From an uncultured beta proteobacterium (GTDB lineage: Bacteria > Pseudomonadota > Gammaproteobacteria > Burkholderiales > Burkholderiaceae_C), in contig CAIMXF010000018.1 in NCBI GenBank assembly GCA_903845345.1, positions 1 through 52,105 of the forward strand: 52,105 bases of DNA, read 5' to 3'. Positions 47,576 through 52,105 of this stretch are shown here, piece after piece. A program made the position numbers and the translations under genes. Each line of letters begins with the position of its first letter. Positions within the stretch are counted from its first letter, which is position 1. Below the pieces are notes generated by a model. It had not been told where the DNA came from. It ran no database searches and worked only from the letters and a program-made list of their open reading frames with translations.

Positions 47576-49116
47576 TCCGGCGACTGGTGATCGTGCTGGG
47601 CGACCAGCTCGACCTCGATGCCGCGGCCTTCGACGGCTTCGACAGCGCGCACGACGTCGTGTGGATGGCCGAGGTCGACGAGGAGTCCACGCACGTCTGG
47701 TCGAGCCAGCCCCGCACGGCGCTGTTCCTGGCGGCCATGCGTCATTTCGCCGCCGCGGCCCGTGATGCGGGACGCACGGTGGACTACACCGGCCTGGAGG
47801 ACCCGGGCAACCGGGGCACGCTGGCAGCAGAACTGCACGCGGCGATCGATCGTCTCGAGCCCGCGGAACTCGCGATGACGGCACCGGGCGATGCGCGCGT
47901 GCTCGCTGCCCTGCGGGGCGTCGCGGCGTCGCGCGAGCGGCCGCTGGCCGTCCACGAGGACAGGCATTTCTTCTGCACCGTGCGCGAGTTCGCGGCCCAC
48001 GCGCGCGGTCGCAGTCAACTGCGGCAAGAGACTTTCTACCGCGAGATGCGACGGCGCCATGGCGTGCTGATGGAAGGCGACGAGCCCGCCGGCGGCCGCT
48101 GGAATTTCGATGCGGAGAATCGACAGGCGTTCGCGAAGACCGGTCCTGTCGACGTCCCGGCCCCGACGCGCTTCGCGCCCGATGCGATCACGCGCGACGT
48201 GCTGTCGCTCGTCGCCAAAAGGTTCGCCGACCATCCGGGCAGCCTGGCGTCGTTCGCCTGGCCGGTGACGCGGGCGCAGGCCCTGCATGGCCTGGAACGC
48301 TTCGTCGCCGAGCGGCTGCCCGAATTCGGACGCTGGCAGGACGCGCTGTGGCCCCACGAGCCCTGGCTGTGGCATTCGCACCTGTCGGCCGCCCTCAACC
48401 TGAAGCTGCTCAACCCGCGCGAGGTCGTGGGGGCCGCGGAGGCGGCCTGGCGCGCGGGCCGCGTTCCGCTGCAAAGCGCGGAGGGATTCATCCGCCAGAT
48501 CCTGGGCTGGCGCGAATACGTCCGCGGCATCTACTGGACGCGCATGCCCGCCTACCTGGAGCTCAACGCGCTCGACGCGCACGCGCCGCTGCCGGCCTTC
48601 TACTGGCACGGCCGCACGGCGATGGCCTGCCTGTCCGACGCCATCGGCCAGACGCTGGAGCACGGCTACGCGCACCACATCCAGCGCCTGATGGTCACGG
48701 GGCTGTACGCATTGCTGTTCGGCGTGGAGCCGCGCGAGGTGCATGCCTGGTACCTGGCGGTCTACGTCGACGCGGTGGAATGGGCCGAACTGCCGAACAC
48801 GTTCGGCATGAGCCAGGCCGCCGACGGCGGGCTGATGGCCAGCAAGCCCTACATCGCCAGCGGACGCTACATCGAACGCATGAGCGGCGGCAGCCTGTGC
48901 GCTCGCTGCCGCTTTCGTCCGGGCGAGCGCGTCGGCGACGCCGCGTGCCCGTTCACGACGCTCTATTGGGACTTCCTGCTCCGCCACGAGCCTCGCCTGG
49001 CGGCCAACCCGCGAACGGCCATGCAGGTCAGGAATCTCGAACGCCTGGACGAGCACGAGCGTGCGCGCATCCAGCGCCGGGCAGGCGAGATTCGCGCAGG
49101 CGCCATCGACGCCTGA
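47572..49116 (+). CDS. phrB: FeS-cluster bacterial cryptochrome / (6-4) photolyase (PhrB/CryB type)
   Basis: LVIVLGDQL, FLAAMRHFA, GGRWNFDAENR, EGFIRQILGWREYVRG, YAHHIQRLMV, four FeS Cys (MACL; CARC; ACPF). Confidence 0.92.
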   Translation: MIRRLVIVLGDQLDLDAAAFDGFDSAHDVVWMAEVDEESTHVWSSQPRTALFLAAMRHFAAAARDAGRTVDYTGLEDPGNRGTLAAELHAAIDRLEPAELAMTAPGDARVLAALRGVAASRERPLAVHEDRHFFCTVREFAAHARGRSQLRQETFYREMRRRHGVLMEGDEPAGGRWNFDAENRQAFAKTGPVDVPAPTRFAPDAITRDVLSLVAKRFADHPGSLASFAWPVTRAQALHGLERFVAERLPEFGRWQDALWPHEPWLWHSHLSAALNLKLLNPREVVGAAEAAWRAGRVPLQSAEGFIRQILGWREYVRGIYWTRMPAYLELNALDAHAPLPAFYWHGRTAMACLSDAIGQTLEHGYAHHIQRLMVTGLYALLFGVEPREVHAWYLAVYVDAVEWAELPNTFGMSQAADGGLMASKPYIASGRYIERMSGGSLCARCRFRPGERVGDAACPFTTLYWDFLLRHEPRLAANPRTAMQVRNLERLDEHERARIQRRAGEIRAGAIDA

Positions 49117-49140
49117 CATGCCGCGGGCCAACGCCGGCGT

Positions 49141-49263
49141 CTAGGGCAGCAGGTCCTTCAACGCTCCGGCCAGCGTCGGATGCAGGAAGACGAAGCCGGC
49201 GTCGAGCGACGCCCTCGGCACGGCGACCTGGCCTTCGAGAAGCAGCACGGCGCGCCTGGCTCC
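49141..49263 (-). pseudogene. 3' remnant of a TIGR01777/DUF1731-type epimerase-family gene
   Basis: LLLEGQVAVPRASLDAGFVFLHPTLAGALKDLLP* resembles the C-terminus of this family; only about 40 codons remain. Confidence 0.6.
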
Positions 49264-49321
49264 GATATCGATGGCCCGCCGGCATGATTCATGTCGTTCG
49301 CCGCTTCGCGCCCGCTGCGGC

Positions 49322-49774
49322 TCATCGCTGCGGAATGATCGCTTCGGGGCCGCCCGTCTCCATCGCATGCGCCATGTTGCTGGTCGCGTTGTGCATGATC
49401 CAGACGGAGCCGGAGACCACGATCACCAGGATCATGACCGTGAAGGCGAACGCCACCACGTTCCAGCGCTGCTCGGCCGAGCGATCCATGTGCAGGAAGT
49501 AGACGACGTGCACGAACACCTGCACGACGGCCAGCGCCAGCACCGCGGCGAGCACCGTGGCGGCGGTCAAGCCGTAGTGGCCCGAGTTCATCACCAGGCC
49601 GAACGGGATCGCCGTCAGCACGATCGACAGCACGAAGCCGATCATGTAGGACTTGACGCTGGCGTGCGACTCGCCCGCCACCGTGCCGCCCACGTAGCGC
49701 GCCGCGTTGCGGCGGCCGAAGGTTCCCGATGCCGGGTCGACCGCGGAATTTCTAAATTGTTGTGACGTGGCCAT
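49322..49774 (-). CDS. cyoD: Cytochrome bo3 ubiquinol oxidase subunit IV
   Basis: SYMIGFVLSIVLTAIPF, QVFVHVVYFLHM, GSVWIMHN. Start ATG 49774. Confidence 0.93.
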   Translation of the reverse strand: MATSQQFRNSAVDPASGTFGRRNAARYVGGTVAGESHASVKSYMIGFVLSIVLTAIPFGLVMNSGHYGLTAATVLAAVLALAVVQVFVHVVYFLHMDRSAEQRWNVVAFAFTVMILVIVVSGSVWIMHNATSNMAHAMETGGPEAIIPQR

Positions 49775-49776
49775 GA

Positions 49777-50415
49777 TCAGAGCAAGCCCAGCAGGTAGAC
49801 GACGGTGAACACGCAGATCCAGACGATGTCCAGGAAGTGCCAGAACAGGCTCAGGCACATCAGCCGCGTGCGGTTCGTCTCGGTCACGCCCTTGGTCCAC
49901 ACCTGGTACATCAGCACCCCCAGCCACAGCAGGCCGGAGGACACGTGGATGCCGTGGGTGCCCACCAGCGAGAAGAACGCCGACAGGAACGCGCTGCGTC
50001 CCGGGCCGTCGCCCTCTTCGATCAGGTGGTGGAACTCGTTGACTTCCATGCCGATGAAGCCCAGGCCGAACAGGCCCGTGATCGCCAGCCAGATCAGCAC
50101 CTTGGCGGCGTTGCGCTTGAGCGTGCCCATCATGGCCATGCCGTAGGTGATCGAGCTCAGCAGCAGGAGCAGCGTCTCCACCGCGACGTACTTCAGGTCG
50201 AACAGATCCCTGCCGCTGGGGCCGCCGGCGGTGTTGCGGCTGAGCACGGCGTAGCCGGCGAACAGGCTTGCAAACAGCAGGCAGTCGCTCATCAGGTAGA
50301 TCCAGAACCCGAAGACCGTGTTGCCGCCGGCATCGTGGTGATGCTCGTGGTCCGGGCCATCCGTGTGCGGATGCGCGCCGAACGTTTGCGATTGTTGATG
50401 CACGAGGGTCGACAT
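49777..50415 (-). CDS. cyoC: Cytochrome bo3 ubiquinol oxidase subunit III
   Basis: [39 protein letters not shown]. Confidence 0.95.
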   Translation of the reverse strand: MSTLVHQQSQTFGAHPHTDGPDHEHHHDAGGNTVFGFWIYLMSDCLLFASLFAGYAVLSRNTAGGPSGRDLFDLKYVAVETLLLLLSSITYGMAMMGTLKRNAAKVLIWLAITGLFGLGFIGMEVNEFHHLIEEGDGPGRSAFLSAFFSLVGTHGIHVSSGLLWLGVLMYQVWTKGVTETNRTRLMCLSLFWHFLDIVWICVFTVVYLLGLL

Positions 50416-50419
50416 GCGC

Positions 50420-52105
50420 TTATCCCTGGGTAGCCAAACGCATGTGGCGCTTGTTTTCGATGCGCTCGACCTCGGGGATCGGCACGTAGTAGTCGACGTC
50501 CTCGTCGAACGAGCGCACGATGAACGCCACGATCATGCCCACGAAGCTGGCCGCGGCCATCCACCAGATGTGCCAGATCAGGCCGAAGCCCAGGCCGATG
50601 CTCAGCAGGCCCATGACCAGGCCGACGCCGGTGTTGCGCGGCATGTGGATCTCGGCGTAGCGCTCGTGCGGGTGCACGTTGCCGCGCTCCTTCATGAAGG
50701 CCAGCGCGTCGAGCGTGTGCACGACCGGGGTGTGGGCGAAGTTGTAGAACGGCGGGGGCGAGTCCGTCAGCCATTCCAGCGTGCGCCCGCCCCACGGGTC
50801 GCCCGTGGTGTCGCGCAGCTCGTCGCGCTTCCAGACGCTGTAGGCCAGCTGCAGCACCATCGCGCCGATGCCCGCGGCGATGATCAGGCCGCCGATGGCC
50901 GCCACGATCAGCCAGGCCTGCCAGGCGTCGTTGTTGTAGTGCTGCATGCGGCGCGTCATGCCCATGAAGCCGAGCACGTACAGCGGCATGAACGCCACGT
51001 AGAAACCCACCAGCCAGCACCAGAACGCGACCTTGCCCAGGCCTTCGTGCAGTCGGAAGCCGAACGACTTCGGGAACCAGTAGGCCATGCCCGCGAGGTA
51101 GCCGAACAGCACCCCGCCGATGATCACGTTGTGGAAGTGCGCGATCAGGAACAGGCTGTTGTGCAGCAGGAAGTCCGCGCCGGGCACGGCCAGCATGACG
51201 CCGGTCATGCCGCCGATGGTGAACGTGACGATGAAGCCCACCGTCCACAGCATCGGCGTGGTCATGCGCACGCGGCCGCGGTACATCGTGAACAGCCAGT
51301 TGAAGATCTTCACGCCCGTGGGCACCGAGATCAGCATCGTCGAGATGCCGAAGAACGCGTTGACGTCGGCGCCCGAGCCCATCGTGAAGAAGTGGTGCAG
51401 CCACACGATGAACGACAGCACGGTGATGGCCAGCGTCGCGTAGACCATCGAGGTGTAGCCGAACAGCTTCTTCGACGAGAACGTGGAGGTGATCTCCGAG
51501 AACACGCCGAACGCGGGCAGGATCAGGATGTACACCTCGGGATGGCCCCAGGCCCAGATGAGGTTGACGTACATCATCGGGTTGCCGCCACCGTCATTGG
51601 TGAAGAAGTGCATGCCCAGGTAGCGGTCGGCGCCCAGCATCGCCAGCGTCACCGTCAGGATCGGGAACGCGAAGATGATCAGCATGTTGGTGCACAGCGC
51701 CGTCCACGTGAAGATCGGCAGGCGCATCCAGGTCATGCCCGGGGCGCGCATCTTGACGATGGTCACGAAGAAGTTGACGCCCGTCAGCAGCGTGCCCAGG
51801 CCCGAGATCTGCAGCGCCCAGATGTAGTAGTCCACGCCCACGCCCGGGCTGTACGGCAGCTCCGACAGCGGCGGATACGCCAGCCAGCCCGTGCGCGCGA
51901 ATTCGCCCACGGCCAGCGACGCGTTGACCAGCATCGCGCCGGCAAACGTCAGCCAGAAGCTCAGCGAGTTGACGAACGGGAACGCCACGTCGCGCGCGCC
52001 GATCTGCAGCGGCACCACGATGTTCATCAGGCCCACCATGAACGGCATGGCCATGAAGAAGATCATGATCACGCCGTGCGCCGTGAAGATCTGGTTGTAG
52101 TGATC
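50420..52105 (-). CDS. cyoB: Cytochrome bo3 ubiquinol oxidase subunit I (5' part outside window)
   Basis: [13 protein letters not shown] at the edge; [16 protein letters not shown] and IAHFHNV heme-copper motifs. Confidence 0.96.
   Translation of the reverse strand, partial: DHYNQIFTAHGVIMIFFMAMPFMVGLMNIVVPLQIGARDVAFPFVNSLSFWLTFAGAMLVNASLAVGEFARTGWLAYPPLSELPYSPGVGVDYYIWALQISGLGTLLTGVNFFVTIVKMRAPGMTWMRLPIFTWTALCTNMLIIFAFPILTVTLAMLGADRYLGMHFFTNDGGGNPMMYVNLIWAWGHPEVYILILPAFGVFSEITSTFSSKKLFGYTSMVYATLAITVLSFIVWLHHFFTMGSGADVNAFFGISTMLISVPTGVKIFNWLFTMYRGRVRMTTPMLWTVGFIVTFTIGGMTGVMLAVPGADFLLHNSLFLIAHFHNVIIGGVLFGYLAGMAYWFPKSFGFRLHEGLGKVAFWCWLVGFYVAFMPLYVLGFMGMTRRMQHYNNDAWQAWLIVAAIGGLIIAAGIGAMVLQLAYSVWKRDELRDTTGDPWGGRTLEWLTDSPPPFYNFAHTPVVHTLDALAFMKERGNVHPHERYAEIHMPRNTGVGLVMGLLSIGLGFGLIWHIWWMAAASFVGMIVAFIVRSFDEDVDYYVPIPEVERIENKRHMRLATQG

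Overview
GC-rich bacterial DNA, most likely from a betaproteobacterium of the Burkholderiales type (inferred from the protein families). It is an accessory region unusually rich in light, redox and signalling genes. Left to right: a 5'-damaged chemoreceptor head-to-head with a cytochrome P450 pseudogene; a divergent bchC / light-dependent protochlorophyllide reductase (LPOR) pair with no other photosynthesis genes in the window; a metal block (TonB receptor, NikR, His-tailed RidA, CzcCBA-type pump, divergent CadR/PbrR with a 19-bp-spacer promoter); a two-gene NitT/TauT-type ABC transporter; a bacteriophytochrome hybrid kinase; a YfiR / CHASE8 kinase / TonB receptor module; a small hydrophilic protein and a hemerythrin; a 10-gene cytoplasmic chemosensory operon; a kaiC-kaiB-PAS/GAF/GGDEF/EAL operon ending in a translationally coupled IS630-derived HTH protein that lacks the catalytic DDE residues; a Cys-tailed MerR regulator divergent from a DCC1-HiPIP-SDR-DUF2256-FeS photolyase cluster; and cyoBCD (cyoB partial). 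The two most striking signals are (1) an ungapped 118-bp duplicated promoter/leader element upstream of both the phytochrome and kaiC, 23 kb apart, and (2) the apparently domesticated transposase ending the kai operon, directly upstream of the chemosensory operon. Together they suggest a light / KaiC / c-di-GMP / chemosensory circuit. All calls come from reading motifs by eye; no database searches were run.
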